From the NCBI GenBank assembly GCA_013239625.1, contig MU053933.1, forward strand, positions 3,277,817-3,341,816: a DNA stretch of 64,000 nucleotides. The letters run 5' to 3'. The DNA comes from Lama guanicoe. Taxonomy: Eukaryota. How positions within the stretch are numbered: position 1 is the first letter of the stretch; the number at the start of each line of letters is the position of its first letter. A model generated the notes under the pieces. It saw only the letters and a program-made list of their open reading frames with translations. It had not been told where the DNA came from and did no database searches. The translations under genes were made by a program, and so were the position numbers. Below, piece by piece: positions 25,901-40,169 of the stretch.

Positions 25901-28900
25901 AATGTCCACAGAATCTCAGGCCCTGCAAAGCCTGCATGTCAGAGGCTCAGGGATTTACTGGTTCAGCGCCCGCCTCCGGGCCACTCCAAGCAAGGCACTG
26001 CCCTGCAGGCCTGCACGCACTGGAGGCCGCCCCGTCTCCGCGGGCTGCGCATCCCAGGAAGGTTACTGCAGGCCCTGGCCAGGTCCCCCCAAGTCTCCCC
26101 CACAGCAAGGGCAGCTGCAGGGTGAGCTGTCGGCTGCCTCCACGGAAGTGTGGAGCACTGAGTGACTAATGCTGTCACCGCCTCGTGGAGAGGCAGAGAG
26201 GCCTCGCAGGGGCCGCGTGCTGACAGCCCCCCCACAGGAGAAAGGGGTAGGGGCAAGCGTCCCAGCAGGGCCACAAAGCAGCGCTCCGCCTCCAGCAGTC
26301 CAACCTGAAGCCAGAGCCTGGCCTTGCTCCAGAGTCCGGGACCCACCAGGGGCCCCGCAGGCTCCCTTCCCACTGACGCCTCCAGCGCCAGAGCCCAGCA
26401 CAGCGCTGCCTGCACCCAGCCGGCCTGCGGCACAGATGTTTCTTGCTCCTAGGCCCCCTCAAAGCTGCCTCCCGGTCACCTAAGACCTGAGTCAGAGCAA
26501 CACTGCTAAGAGCAGAATGTGCTGCCTTCAGAGCCCAGAAGGCCTGCCAGGCCTGTGCTTCCTTCCTCGAAGGGGGACCAAGACGCAGCCACTTTTTACT
26601 TTGGGGGGCATCCTGGTGCCCCTGACCACCAGCCCCTGAAACTTGCCTGAAGTGCAGATCCCTGGATTTTCAGGGGGCTCCCTCCCACCCTCTGGGGCAC
26701 CCGTGTCTTATGGCCTCCTGCTCACTCGCTCCCCACTCGCCTCCCCCCTCGCAGGCCTATGCGCGATGTCATCACTGCAGGGATCTGTGTCCTGCTCTGG
26801 GGCCGTCCAGGGGCCCAGGCTCCTCGACTGCGTCCGGGCAGAGGGGAGAGGCAGCTCGGCCTTGAGGCCGAACCTTGAACGAGGACTGACATCCTCCCAC
26901 ATGACTGCAAGCAGCTTCTGAGCTCCTCTTCTAACTGGGTTGGAAAGTTGATGGCTGGTCCACAGCCTCACTGATCCACTACAACGAGGATCCACGTCCA
27001 GCACAGGAGGCGCCCTTGGGCCGCTGCCCGGTTGAGTCCCACTGGTCTGCAGGGCCTCTCAGGACCCGCCAGTCTGCAGCCCTTGTCGCCCCAGAGACGT
27101 GAGGGCCCACCCACCTGCATCCTCCAGGCCGTGACCTCCAGCATGTCACGCAGCCTGTGGTTCACTGCCTCGGCCGCAGAGGGGTCCCCACTGCGATGTC
27201 TGTGACCACACCGCAGGGAGCCCAATTGCAGTGACTCCAATGGCCAGCTGCACACTTGGGACAAGGAAAATGATCACTGGGCAGTCTGACCAGGGACCCC
27301 ACTGTAACCAACACTTCTGCCAGGATTCTTTCATCACCTGGCCCACTAAGCCCCTCCTCCAACAGGGAGGCCGTGATGATGCTGTGGGCCTCCAGGGTCA
27401 GTGTCCACACAGACGCCGTGTCCAGTCACCCTCAGAATGTCTTGACGGGCCCCTATCCCCTGTGTTGAGTCACCCAAGTAGACGCTGCAGGCCTTTTGGG
27501 GAGAACTGGGGACTCACAATATACACTTGCCAGGGCATGGCCCGGCCACCAGGCCACCTCTGCAGTCAGCAGTTCCAGGTGGGAACATAAGCTCCGTCTG
27601 AGAAAGACTCGGGATCCTGGCTTTTTGCTGGAGGCGCTGCCCTCGGCCCCTCCGTCCCTCCCTCCGCGCCCTCCAGGGAAGCTCCAGAACCTGTACACTG
27701 CTCAACAAGGGCCTCACTTTCTCTGGGCTTCTGTGCACCGTCCCAGAGCTGAGTTTGCCCTGTGACCTGCCAGAATACTAAATTCTAAGTTCTGAGGAAC
27801 TGTCCCCAAGTCGATGATTTTTGCTTATCCAGTCTCCTGCTCTGGTCCGGGGACCAAGGACGCTCCAGTGCCAACCCCAGGGCAGCTGCCTGGCTCCGGC
27901 AGCTCCTCTGATGTGCAACCTGGTTCCTTCTAAGCAGGCCCCGCACGTCCCCAACCAGGCTGCACTGGACTTTCTCCCAGGCGTTGGCCTGGCAGCCAGG
28001 AGGCAGGCCAGGATGGCCTCCGACGGGGGCCCCTGTTGCTTACGACAGGGAGGCCCCGGTATCCTCTCCCAGCACAGAGGAAGGGCTGGCTCTGCAGGGG
28101 AGGATGGGGCCCTGCAAGTTCTAAGGGGTCAGGGGTCTGCAGAGCCACATCCTCAGGGCTCCCACCCAGATGGCCCAGCCCAGGTTTCAGGGTCTCAGGT
28201 TTTCTTGGCCAGGGTCGTGGCTGTCACAGACCAACGATGGCTGAGCCGTCAGCACACCTGGAGCTGGGGACGCCTCACTGTCACCATCAGCTGCTGCTCA
28301 GCCCTCAGCATTTCTCCTGCAGGAAACGAGATTTCTTTCTAGGCCAGAGATGCCTCTGGCTCCCACTCTGAGCTTCTAGCTGCTGGTTAACTGCCTCGGT
28401 CTCCCGTTGTCTCTCTGCAGGACCACCAGTGCAGCTCTGCCCTAACCAGCCAACCCACAGACCCATTCAGCCACCTGAGTGGTCACACCTGCAAGGTGCT
28501 CCCTCTACCAGCACATTTTCCCAAGTCACCCCTAGTGGAATCTAGCACTGGGGCATCCACCTTGTGCCGGGAGCTATCTACCCCCCCCACCAACCTGGAT
28601 GGGGCCCCTCGGCCTGCCAGCTGGGGGCAAGGCAGCACGAACCCCCTACAGCGCTCCTGTGTTCAGTGGGATCCTCTGAAAAGGAGGCACCAGGGCTGGG
28701 CGAGATGTGACCAGAGGTTTGATGGGGCGCTGGCTCTGAAGGACCCAGGGGAGGAGGTGAGGATGAGGGGCGAGCCCTCAGACCAGAGGTGAGCCCCCTG
28801 GGAAGGGGAGGGGCTGGGTGGAGGAGTGGCTGCCCACAGAGCCGTTCCTAGACTGCCCTGGCCATGTTGATGGGGACACTGGGGCCAAATGAACCCCTTA

Positions 28901-29899
28901 AAAGATCTGGGTCTGGTAGGAATGCACCTGTGCTCACACCCCTGGGAGCAGCCCCCTGGGAAGTGCTGCCGCAGAGAGCGTGCGGAGGGCCCAGAGGGGC
29001 AGCTCCTGCGAGGCACCTGCCCACCCCCAGCTTCAGCCGGGCTCCAGGCAGTGGGAGCCTGAGCTGGTCTTCCTGGCCACCACGTGGCTGCCACACTCAT
29101 GCACACTTGTACAGACACACACACACTCACACGCTCACAGCTGCACACAGACACACGTCACACACACACACATCCTCACACACTCACCCCCCTCCTTCAG
29201 TGCCACCGGCTCCAGGCACCCGCCGCACCCGGGAGAGGCCGCTGGGGAGGAGATGAGGGAGGTGTGGGCAGTGGGGGGTGGGAGGCCCTGATGGAGTCCA
29301 GCCTGAGGAGTCCCTAGGGGCCAGGAGTGGGTGGGAGGCAGGGTGCTGCAGCCAGGGCATAACTTGCAAGCCCTTTGGACGGCAGAGCAAGGGCTTCCTG
29401 TCCTGTCGCCAGGCTGCAAGGGCCGCATGTCCCTCCTCACATGGGAGGGTGTCCCCCTCCGCTTGAACAGTCACTACTGCTGGGCTCATTGAGGACATAA
29501 AGACCCCTGCTCTCGGCCACCTTACAATCCCTCCAGGAGATGGGACCTGGCTGTACCAGAATCAGGGTGCAGAGGGAGGGAGATGTTCAGGAAGACCAGA
29601 GGGGCTGCATGCAGGGAGCACACAGGCAACCAAGGGGCTCTGGGGTCCCTCTCCCCTGGGGAGGAGGGACTAAGTCAGAGACCCTCAAAGCTGCTCCTCT
29701 GAGGCTGGAGCCACCCCTACCGCTGTGTGGTCCCCTTCGAGGCCGAGGACGGCTGTGATGCACCCTGTCCCAGAGCCCAGGGACCTGGCCCCACTCCTGC
29801 CCACACACGACCTCACAGAGGAGCATTGATCCCGGGGGCTGCCGCTCCTAGGGGAGTGGGGACCCTTTCCCACCCTCTCCCAGACTCAGGTAGGGCCTC

Positions 29900-30800
29900 A
29901 CAGTGGCCCTAAACGCACACGCCCCCGGGCTCTTGCAGGGAAGCGGGGTCCAGCCAGCACCACCAGGCCCGCACTACCCGCCCAGAGCACCAGCTCTCGC
30001 CCCTCCCCAGCCGGCACTTCACCTCCGAGGGGCGAGGACCCCACCGCGGGGACACACGTTGTGACTCGTGGGTCTCAGAGCTGCGTGTCCCAGAACGGCA
30101 AGGTCGTGCGCAAGGGGAGCATGGGGAGGGGACGCCGGGCGGGAGGACCCTGCAGCCGGGGCTGCTCCTCCGAGGTCTGAGTGAGTGGCGAGTCGGAGGC
30201 GCCCCAGACCCCGGAATAGACGTCCCAGGGGGCGGGGAAAGGGGGGTGGGCTGCAGGCAGCAGGGGCGTCAAGTCCCATTCCGAGCAGCGGCCAGGGCTG
30301 GGTTCGGACCTCGCAGGGACGCCGGCGGCAGGGGGCTCTCCCGGCCCCCCGAGTGCCCCGTCCCGACCCGGCCCTTGCTCTCGCCGCACCCTGTCCCCTC
30401 GGGTACCCCCCACCACTCGGCGCGGTCAGAGCCCGGAGCCTCCTCGCTGCGGACGGGTCCGGGAGGGCGCCCGACGCGCGGTCAGGTAAGGCCCGGGGCA
30501 GCGCCGCCCCGCTCGGCGCCGGGACGCGGCCACTCGGCTTGGACTGCCGCTCGCCCTGTGGGGCCCTGCCCGCGGGGTGGCCCATGTTTCCACCCCGACC
30601 CTCGCTTGGGCTCCCCAACGTCCGCGCCCGGGAAGTGGCGCGAGGGCCGTCCGGCTGTCCCCTCCTCTCCTGGGGCCGAGCTGGGCCCCCGCTTCCCAGC
30701 GCGGCGCTGAGACTCCGGGCCGTCCGCCCTCCCTGCCCAGGTCCCCGGTCTGCGGCCGGACCCGTGGCCGCTTCTGGGAGCTTTGGCTCTGTCTCTGGCC
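29900..30800 (+). promoter_or_regulatory. COL6A2: CpG island / promoter of COL6A2
   Basis: Dense CpG and GC boxes (e.g. ggggcgggg near 30228) about 11 kb upstream of the first coding exon; edges approximate. Confidence 0.75.
30410..30485 (+). other. COL6A2: Probable non-coding first exon of COL6A2 (start approximate)
   Basis: Contains actcggcgc and cggagcctcctcg, resembling the recalled human 5'UTR; ends in strong donor CAG|GTAAG at 30485/30486. Confidence 0.5.
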
Positions 30801-33049
30801 CGGGGACACCTTCAGAGGTTGAGGAGCCCAACTCACCCCCATGGGATGGTCCCCCACGCTGGAAACTGGGTGCAGGGTCTCCAGTGCTGCTGGCCCCTCG
30901 CCTCCCGCTTGGGCCGGGAGGGAGCGGGTGTCCCTCCTCCTCCTGGACCCTGGGCGGAGTGGCCCCTCGAATGCGCTCCCCAGGGACCAGCTTCCCAGCT
31001 GGGACAGCAGGGGAAGAAGAGCCTCTTGACACCCAGAGGGACGGGTGAGGCGGAGAGAGAGAGAGGGCAGGTCACACCCCACCCATCCAGGACTGGACGC
31101 AGCAGGACCCCAGTTCCTCTGAGGCTGTTGGCGGCCCACGGGCATCTCCCCAGGCACCCCCCTGCAAAGTCAGCTGAGGGAGACTAAGCTGGGGGGCTGG
31201 GGGGGCGCATGGAGTGCGGTGGGGGCCCAGCTGGCTGTGCCTGGCGGCTCCCCTGCTGGGCCGGCCCCACACCCACCCAGGAATCTTCACAGGGCTCAGC
31301 AGAGGGCCTACCGGGCCCAGCACCACTGGGGGGTGGGGGGGTCAACTGCTGAGAGGCCTCTACTGGTACTAGCAACAACAGAAAGGGCGGCGTGGGGGGG
31401 GGCGGCGTGCCTGCTGCCCTGCCCTGCCCAGGGCCCGTGGAGGAGTGCTGCCCCGTGCCAGGGAGGAGCCGACGGCTCCCATGCCCACACTCCCAGGCCG
31501 CCCCACTGTCCCCAAGGAAAGGATGTCCCTTGTAGGCTGACACCCAAAAAGAAGGAGGCTTGAGGTCCACAGATTTCCCTGGTTTGGGGGTGGTTTCCCC
31601 TGTAAAGGAGTTCTGGCCTGGAGGCCATCTTACCCTGGGGTTTATTCCCGCCTGCCTCATCAGAACCAGGAGGCCAGACGGGCACTTGGGGCTCCAAGGA
31701 GGTAAGTTATCTGCCTTCCTACCGTCATTTGGAGAGAGAAGGCCTGTGCCCCCAGGACATAGGTGGCTCGAGGGGCTGGACACAAGGGGCCCAGGTGTGT
31801 CCCCTCAGCAGGATGTGGTTCTCAGGGGCCACTGGGCCCTCTGGCCACTGAGAAGCTGCTGCCTGAGAGTGAGCTGGGAGGCCTGTGAGGGCGGCAGCAG
31901 GCCTGGGGCAGCAGTGGGGCATGTCTGCACTGGAAGCCACAGGGACGGTGATGTCCAGGAGGAAAGCTGGGCTCAGGCCACTGGGTCGGTCACCTGTCGG
32001 GTGGGGCTTGGGCCCCTGCGCCAGGTAGTGCACGTCCATACCCAGCGGTGACCCTGCGTGACCAGCCAGCGCAGGCAGCTCTGTTTGAGGGGAGGGGCCC
32101 ACTAAGGTCCCTCGGAGGTCGTGGGGAGCCACAGGCAGCAGGAGGCCTTCAGACAGCTCCCTGGAAGGGTCTAGGGCCCGGGAAAAGGAGCTGGACCCGA
32201 GGGTGTTCCCGGGGCTGCAGGAGAGGGTGTGGGCTGAGACCGTGCCCTCACTGTGGGAGGGGAGCAGGCTCAGGAGCGGCAGCCCTCTTAGCACCAGGGC
32301 CGCCCGGGGCTCCGGGCGCTCAAGTGCAGGTAGACTGTGTTCGTGGCCCCAAGTGCTTTATGATGCTGGAAAACCTAGCTCTGGTGATTATTTCAAGAAA
32401 AACTCAAATAGCTTGATTCTTTCCCACGTTCCAATGGGTCGGTCCTCCCTGCAGTTTCTTTCAAACGTCTGTGCAAAGCCAGGGGACCCTGGGTGGGGCA
32501 CACTGGTACCGAAGCGGGGCTCCTGGAGTGCTGCTCACTGGGACCTGGGGGAGCCTGACCCCGCCTGGACCACGTGTTGGGCTTGGGCCGTGTCGCACAG
32601 CAACGTTCTCCAAGAGCCGGACGCACACCTGCCCAGGGGGTCTGAACACGTCAGCACCCGAGCCACACCGGTGGGCAGCCTCTGGGGGCCGGTTGTAGAT
32701 CCTGTAAGGAGCCCATGCAGGGCAGGGATCCCAGTTGTGAGGGGCCCCTGCTCCTCGGAGAGCAGAGTCCAGGTCAGAATTTCTGAAAAGTGTCAAGGCT
32801 CCCAGGCGTGTGGTCAGAGCCATCGGAGGCGTGGGCCTGGCACCGGCACTGTGGGTGGTGACGCCACTGTGCTTCAGTGCTGGCCAGTTGCGTGGGGCGG
32901 TGTGAGCTGGTCTGTCTGCTCGTCCCTGGTGTCTGTGCAGTTTGACCACCGACCATTTGTACTGTTGCTTGTTTCCTGGTTATGACTGCCCCGCGTTCCT
33001 AATGAGAGATCATTTTTTACTAATTTGTAAGAGGGTTTTTTCCCTCATT

Positions 33050-35100
33050 TTTAAAAATTATGCTTAAATACACATAACACAAAATTTGCCATCTTAACCA
33101 GTCTTAAGTGTACAGCTCACTGGGGCTAAGTGCACTCATATTTTTGTGCTACCATCACCGCCATCCAGCCCTGGAACGCTTTCCTTGTTGCAGAACTGAA
33201 ACTGTCCCATTAAACACCAGCTCCCCAGCTCCTGGCAGCCACCATTCTACTTTCTGTCTCTGTGATGTCCGAGATACTCTAAGTACTTCATATAAGTGAA
33301 TCATGTAGTACTTGTCTTTTTGTGACTGGCTTATTTCACTCAGCATAATGTCCTCAAGGTTTATCCATGTCATAGTGTGTGTCAGAATTTCCTTCTTTTT
33401 TAAGGCAGAATAATATTCCATTGTGTGGATGGACCACGTTATGCTTATCCATTCGTCCATCAATGGACACTTGGATTGCTTCCACATTTTAGCTAGAGTG
33501 AGTAATACTACTGTGAACAGGGTGTATACCTAGCTCTTTGAGACCCACTTTCAATTCTTTTGAGTATGTATTTTCCCAGAAGTAGAATTGCTGGATCATA
33601 TGGTAGTTCTATTTTTATTTTTTTGAGGAACCACTATACTGTTTTCCATACAGCTCTCATTTTACGTTCCCACCAAAAATTCCAGTTTCCCCTTATCCTC
33701 TCCAACATTTGTTGTTTTCTGGTTTTTTGGTACTATCCATCCTAATGGGTATGAGATGATATCTCACTGTAATTTTGGCTTGCATTTCCCTAGTGACTTA
33801 GTGATGCTTAGCCCCTTTCCTGCAATGCTTTTAGTCTCTCACCATTGAGTATGATGTTTGCTATGGGATTTTCATATATGGCTTTTATTATACTGAGGTG
33901 GTGTCCATCTATTCCCAGTTTGTTGAGTTTTTTAATCATGAAAGGACATTGAATTTTATCAAAAGGCTTTTCTGCATCAACTGAAATGGTCATGTGAGCT
34001 GTTCCTTCACTCTGTTAATGTGGTGTGTTACATTAATTGATCTTCATATATTAAACTATCACTGCATTCCAGGAATAAATCCCACTTGGTCGTGATGTTT
34101 AGTACTTTTTCTATCCTGTTTAATTCTGTTTGCTAATATTTTGTTAAGGATTTTTGTATCCACGTTGATAAGGGATATTAGCCTGCAGCTTTCTTTTCTT
34201 GTAGTGCCTTTGTCTGGCTTCAGTACCAGGGTAAGCCTGTCCTCATAGCGTGAGTTTGGGTATACTCCCTCCTCTTCAGTTTTTTGGAAGAGGTTGAGCA
34301 GTATTCATATTAGTTCTAACTTTAAATGTTCTGAAGAATTCACCAGGGCTTTTCTTTGTCAGGAGATTTTCAGTTACTGATCCAATCTCCTCAGTAGGTA
34401 TAGGTCAGTTCAGAATTTGTTTCTTCGTGGTTTTGTTTTGCCAGTTCTGTGTTTCTGGGAGTTTGTCCACTCCACCTAGGTTATCTGATTGGCTGTTGCA
34501 CAGCCGGTCACCGTGCTCTCACGTGATTCTTATTTCTGTGCAATCAGTAGTGATTTCCCACCTTCATTTCTGAGGTTGGTAACTTGAGTCTCCTTTCTTT
34601 TTCCCTTAGCCCAACGAGCTAAAGGTGTGTCGATGTTGATCTTCCTGAAGAACCAACTTCTGGTTTCATTGGTTTACTCTGTTGGTTTTCTGTTAACCGT
34701 TTCACTGATCTTTGCTGTAATTGCTATTATTCCCTTCCTTTACTAGCTGTTTCGTTTCTTCTTCTTTTTCTAGTTCCTTAAGCTGTAGAGTTAGGTTGCT
34801 GACTTGAGCTCCTTCTTGTTTTTTAATGTAAACCTTTATGACTGTAACTTGCTCCTTCACGCTCCTCCTGCTGTGTTTCTTGCATTTTGGTGTGACTTGT
34901 TTTCACATTTAGTAGTCTCTGAATTATCTTCTAATTTCCTTTGTGATTCCTCTTTGGCCTATTGGTTGTTTAAAAGTGCATTGCTTAATTTCCACAATTC
35001 TGTGAATTTTCTAGTTTTCCTTCTGTTATTGACGCCTAACATCATCCCGTTGTAAACAGAGAAGATACTTTTATGATATTTTCTTTTAAAATCTATTGAG
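33050..35100 (-). mobile_element. Old L1 fragments, antisense, in COL6A2 intron 1
   Basis: - strand translation WSIHTMEYYSALKKKEIL and [19 protein letters not shown]. Confidence 0.85.
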
Positions 35101-35209
35101 GCTGCCATTGTTATTACACTTCTCCCTGTCATTGCCAGCTGCTCCCTCTCTGGCTGAGTTGACTTACAGGGGATTTAAAGGGTTGGTACCTTTTTTCTCT
35201 CATTCATTT

Positions 35210-38200
35210 TTCTCTTTTTCTCCTTCTGGGAGCCAGACATTGAAGACTATGATGTTTAAAAGCAACTGCATATAGAGGGAAAATTAGACAGGCACTGCCC
35301 AAGCTCAGGGGAAGGTGAAGGCTCAGAAAAGACGTGAGAAAACCTTACAGTCACTCCTCAGGCTGATCCTTGGCACAGAGACAGCCTACAGTGATCAAAA
35401 ACAGAAACAAACAGACCAACAGAAAATCAAAAACAGCAAGCCCTGGGGAAGAGGAAGAATCTGATTTGCAGATGTGACCATTTTAGATTCAAATGTCCAA
35501 TTTTTAACAACAACAACAACAACACCTCAAAAAGCAAACAAAGGAACAGGAAAATATGGCCCATTCAAAGGAAAAAATATAAACCACCAGAAACAGTCCC
35601 TGAAAAAGACCTGATGATGGATGGACTAGACAACGACTTTAACACAAGCATCTTAAAGATGCTGAAGGATCTAAGGAAGATGTGGAGAAAGTCAAGAAAA
35701 TAATGTATGAACAAAACAGAAATATCAATAAAGAGATAGAAAGCCTAGATAGAATCCAAAAAGAAATACTGTAGCTGAAGGCTACAGTAACTTTCAGTTT
35801 TTCATTAGAGGGATTCAAAGGCCAATTTGAGCAGACAGGAGAAAGGGTCAGTGAAGTAGAAGATAAAACAATGGAAATTATTGAGTCTGAGGAACAGAAA
35901 GAAAAAAGATTTAAGAAAAGTGCACAGAGCTTAAAGGACCTGCATACAAGTTTTGGAAGTCCCAGAAGGAGAAGAGAGAGAAGGGGGCAGAGGAGATGTG
36001 TGAAGAAACTTCCCAGATTTGATGGATGACATGAACATAAACATCCAAGACAAGTAGGGTGAACTTAGAGAGACACTGATGCACATTATGACCAAACTGT
36101 CAAAAGGCAAAGATAAAGAGAATTTAGGAATCAGCAAGAGAGCAGTGACTCGTCACATCCAAGGGCTCCTCAGTAAGATTATCAGATTTCTCATCAGAAA
36201 CTTTGGAGACCAGAGGCAGTGGGCTGATATATCAAACTGTTGAAAGGAAAAAAAAGTCACCCGAAAGTTCTGTATTCAGCAAAACTGTCCCCCAAGAGTG
36301 AGGGCAAAATGAAAACATTCTCAGATAAACAAAAGCTGAGGGAGTTCATGACCACTAGACCTGCCCTGTAAGAAATGCTCAGAAGCGTCCTGCAGGTGAG
36401 ATGAAAGGCACTAGACAGTAAACTGAAGTCATATGAATATCTCAGTGAGGGTAAATACGTGAACAGGTATAAAAGCCATTGTTGTTGTTGTTGTTGTAAC
36501 AATGGTTTGTAACTCTACTTGTTTTCTACATAATTTAAGAGACTAGTACTTAAACAAACTAATATCAATCTAATATGTACTCAAGAGTGGAACTGCTGTA
36601 TCATATGGTAAGTCTATTTTCAGGATTTTGAGACACCTCCACACTGTATTCCACAGTGGCTGCACCAGCGTACATCCCCATCAGCAGTGTGGGAGGGTCT
36701 CCTTTTCTCCGCATCCTCGCCAACGTTTGTTATTTGTGTTCTTTTTGAGGATAGCCATTCTGACAGGTGTGAGGTGCTGTCACATGGTGGCTTTGATTTG
36801 CAGTTCCCTGATGGTTAGCAGAGTTGAGAATCTTTTCCTATGCCTGTTGGCCATCTTTATTTCCTCTTTGGAAAAACGTCTATTCAGTTCCTCTGCCCAT
36901 TTTTTAATCTAGTTGTCTGTGTTTTCGATGTTAAGTTGTATGAGCTGTTTATATATGTTGGATATTAATCTCTTTTCTGTCACATCATTTGCAAATATTT
37001 TCTCAGTAGGTTATCTTTTCATTTTGTCAATGGTTTTCTTTGCTGTGCAAAAGCTTTTAAGTTTAATTAGGTCTCATTTGTTTATTTTTGCTCTTACTTC
37101 CTTTGCTTCAGGAGACAGATCCAAAAAATTTTTGCTACAATCTTTGTCAAAGAGTGCTCTATGTTTTCCTCTAGGAGTTTCATGGTATCTGGTCCTACTC
37201 TTAGGTCTTTAATCCATTTCGAGTTTATTTTCGTACATGGTATTAGAGAATGTTCTAATTTCATGCTTTTACATGTAGCTGTCTGGTTTTCCCAGCACCA
37301 CTTGGTGAAGAGACTGTCTTTTCTCCATTGTATATGCTTGCCTTCTTTGTTGTAGATTAATTGACCATAAGTGCATGGGTTTAGTGCTGGGCTCTCTATC
37401 CTGTTCCATTGATCTATGTGTCTTTTTGTGTCCTTAACCTACTGTTCTGATTCCTGGAGCTTTGTAGTATAGTCTGAAGTCCTCCAGCTCGGTTCTTCTT
37501 AAAGCTGGTATTATTGTTAACTTTGGTTTACAACTCTACATTTTGTTTTCTACATAATTTAAGGGATCAATGCATTAAAAATATTATTTGTTTATGTTTT
37601 TGGACACAAAATGTATACAAATGTAATTTTGTGACATCAATAACTGAAAGATGGGGAGGGAACTTTTTTGGTAATAAATATATGATAAAATTTATTTAAA
37701 AAGAAAAAGCAAAAAGCAAGGCACAATAATACAAATGTCAGGATGTCAGTTATTCTGGTGGGGGAGGCGGCATTTGGGACAGGAGAGGGGAACAAATAGA
37801 CGTTTTAAAAAATAAATTGACTGGCAGAGAGAGCTTGTAAAGGAACAGTTTTTTGTATGTTATTGAAGTCAAGCTGGTATAAATTCAAGTTGGAGTGTTA
37901 CGACTTTAGGGTGTGAAGTGTAATCCCATGGCAACCACAAAGGAAGTACCTGAAGAATAAGCACAGAAAGACGTGAGGGAGGGATTTACATGTTTCAGTA
38001 CGAAAATCAGCTACACACAAAAGAAGACGGTGACTCAGGAAATGAGGAACCAAAGAGCTACCAGGGGTACAGAAAACAAATAGCAAAACTTCAGAAGTAA
38101 GCCTCCTTGTCAGCCATGACTTCAACTGTAAATGGGTTACGCTCCGCAATCAGACGACGGAGGCTGGCAGAATGGACTTAAGAAAGCAAGGTCCAACTAT

Positions 38201-38380
38201 ATGCTGTCTGCAGGACAGTCAGCCCAAAGACACAAAGAGGCTGACAGTGAGAGGATGGAAAATGTCGCTCCGTGCAGATAGGAAGCAGAGGAGAGCAGGG
38301 GTAGCGGTGCTAATACCAGGCAAACCGGGCTTCCAATCAAAAGGGTTACAAGACACTAAGAAGGTCGTTGTGTGTGAATG
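35210..38380 (+). mobile_element. Old L1 5'/ORF1 to endonuclease region, interrupted by an antisense L1
   Basis: ORF1-like gatttctcatcagaaactttggag, gagttcatgaccactagacctgccct; endonuclease start PTICCLQD near 38190. Confidence 0.75.
36575..37500 (-). mobile_element. Younger antisense L1 ORF2 3' fragment nested in the older L1
   Basis: gctgtgcaaaagcttttaagtttaattaggtctcatttg; cccagcaccacttggtgaagagactgtc. Confidence 0.85.
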
Positions 38381-38589
38381 CAGAATTTAAAACAGCAAAA
38401 GTATACCGCACACTTACTAACAGGCCATGGAGATTTTAACCCTTAAGAATGTGAGAGCGTGGCCACGCATCAGGGCGCCTGGCTCCTGGTCTGTGTCCGC
38501 TCTGCCCGTGTTGCTTTGTTGTAATGAAAGCCATACATGGGAGCCCAGTTATCAAGCGTCTGGGCTCAGAACGATGGTGCCTGGGTTAG

Positions 38590-38730
38590 CCGAGCACCTG
38601 GGACAAGTTACGCCACCTGGTCTCAGTTTCCACATCTGTGAAATGGGTTATAGTAGTACCTATGTCTGAGGGCTGTTGTGAAGGTTAAAAGAAAACATGT
38701 AGCCTAGTGTCTGGTGCAGAGTAATCATAG
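38590..38730 (+). mobile_element. MIR SINE core fragment
   Basis: tctcagtttccacatctgtgaaatgggttatagtagtacct...ggctgttgtgaaggttaaa. Confidence 0.7.
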
Positions 38731-39789
38731 AAGACATTTCATTGTCATTTCATCTTTTCTAGTTTCTTCAAAGATTTTTTGGTCCATGTTTTGTACCTCG
38801 TCTCAAGAGATGAGACCACTTTCCCAGAAAATGGTCTTTCACATTTGTTAGCTTAGAACTGCACTTGGTGTGCTCTTAAAAACCAACAACAATAAAAACC
38901 CTCCTCACCTATCATTATTTTACTCATTCTTACATTTGTTTATTTCCATATTTGTGCTTTATCGTTTTTATTCTTGCTTAGACTTGCTAAATTTTTTTTC
39001 TATCTTATTGGCCTTTTCAAAAAGCCAGCTCTCAAATATATTTATTATTCTACTGTGAGTTTTTTAAGCCAATCGGTTTATTTTTTACTACTTTCTCTCT
39101 CCTACTCTCCTGAGATTTATCTTGCTAAATTTTTTTGTCCCTGGTGTCTTTAACTACATGCCAAATTTGTTACACTGATTTTTTATTTTGTAACAAAAAA
39201 CATTTAAGGCTACGTATTTTCTTCTGATTATAGTTTTGGCCCTATTCCCTACTTGTTACTGTCAAAATTTTATAAAACACGACTTTCAATTCTTCTGTTT
39301 TTTTATGTGATCTGTCACTATCTTAAAAAGATGAGTTAAAATTTTCTACTGTGATTGCAGTTTGTCAGTTTTTTCTTTGACTTTTCACAGATTTTGCTTT
39401 ATATGTATTGTGACGTTAAGTACATAAAATTTATAATTGGATCGCAGCAGCCTTTGTCTTTTCCTGGGCCCCATCCCTCATCCTTCTGTCTAAAATTCCG
39501 GGGTCTCAGCAACACTGCCCCCTTCCTCTCCGTTTGCATCCGTCCCTCCCCACTCCGCTCTCTTTGCATCATCTGTGACTTTCTTTTTGAAGTGTGATCC
39601 CACAAACCTCATCCAAATGAATTTCATTTTTTGACCCAACTCAGAGATGTTTGTCTTTATAGTAGAATTTAAGCCATTCACCCTTATTTTCACACTGATT
39701 TATATGATATTTCTGGCTTTTGATTTTATGCTTCCTGGCTCTTTTCCCTTCATACGTTTTACTGTATTTCTCAAGTTTCTTCGCTTTTT

Positions 39790-39929
39790 GTTTGTTTGGG
39801 GGGTGGGTAATTAGATTTCTCTTTCTTTCCTTCTTTTTCTTCCTTCCTTCCATCCTTTTAATGGAGACTGAACCCATGACCTCATGCATACTATGCACAC
39901 ACTCAACCACTGAGCTGTACCCTCTCCCC
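39790..39929 (-). mobile_element. tRNA-derived SINE (camelid vic-1-like) with 19-bp target-site duplication
   Basis: - strand ggggagagggtacagctcagtggttgag...gggttcagt...ctaattacccacccccc; TSD tcaagtttcttYgcttttt at 39771 and 39930. Confidence 0.8.
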
Positions 39930-40169
39930 TCAAGTTTCTTTGCTTTTTATTTATTTTTATTCATTTCCCTACTATTTGCAGAAATTCCTTGCAGAATTTT
40001 TTTTTACCATTTAGGAATGCTATGTAGGTGGCATGGATCTGAGCTCATTTATATCTGAGATGTTTATCCTTGTACCTGAAAGATAAGGTGGATGGGGAGA
40101 CATCCTTGGGTCATTTTGTTTTCCTGTTGAAATTTGAAATTATTGTCTCACTGTCTTCTTTCTACAATG

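Noticed and set aside
30019..31157. 243-337 aa ORFs on both strands across the COL6A2 CpG island
   Set aside because: Low-complexity Pro/Gly/Arg/Ala translations expected in stop-poor, GC-rich DNA.
39860..39929. Possible tRNA gene
   Set aside because: Degenerate stems, simple-repeat tail and TSD indicate a SINE.
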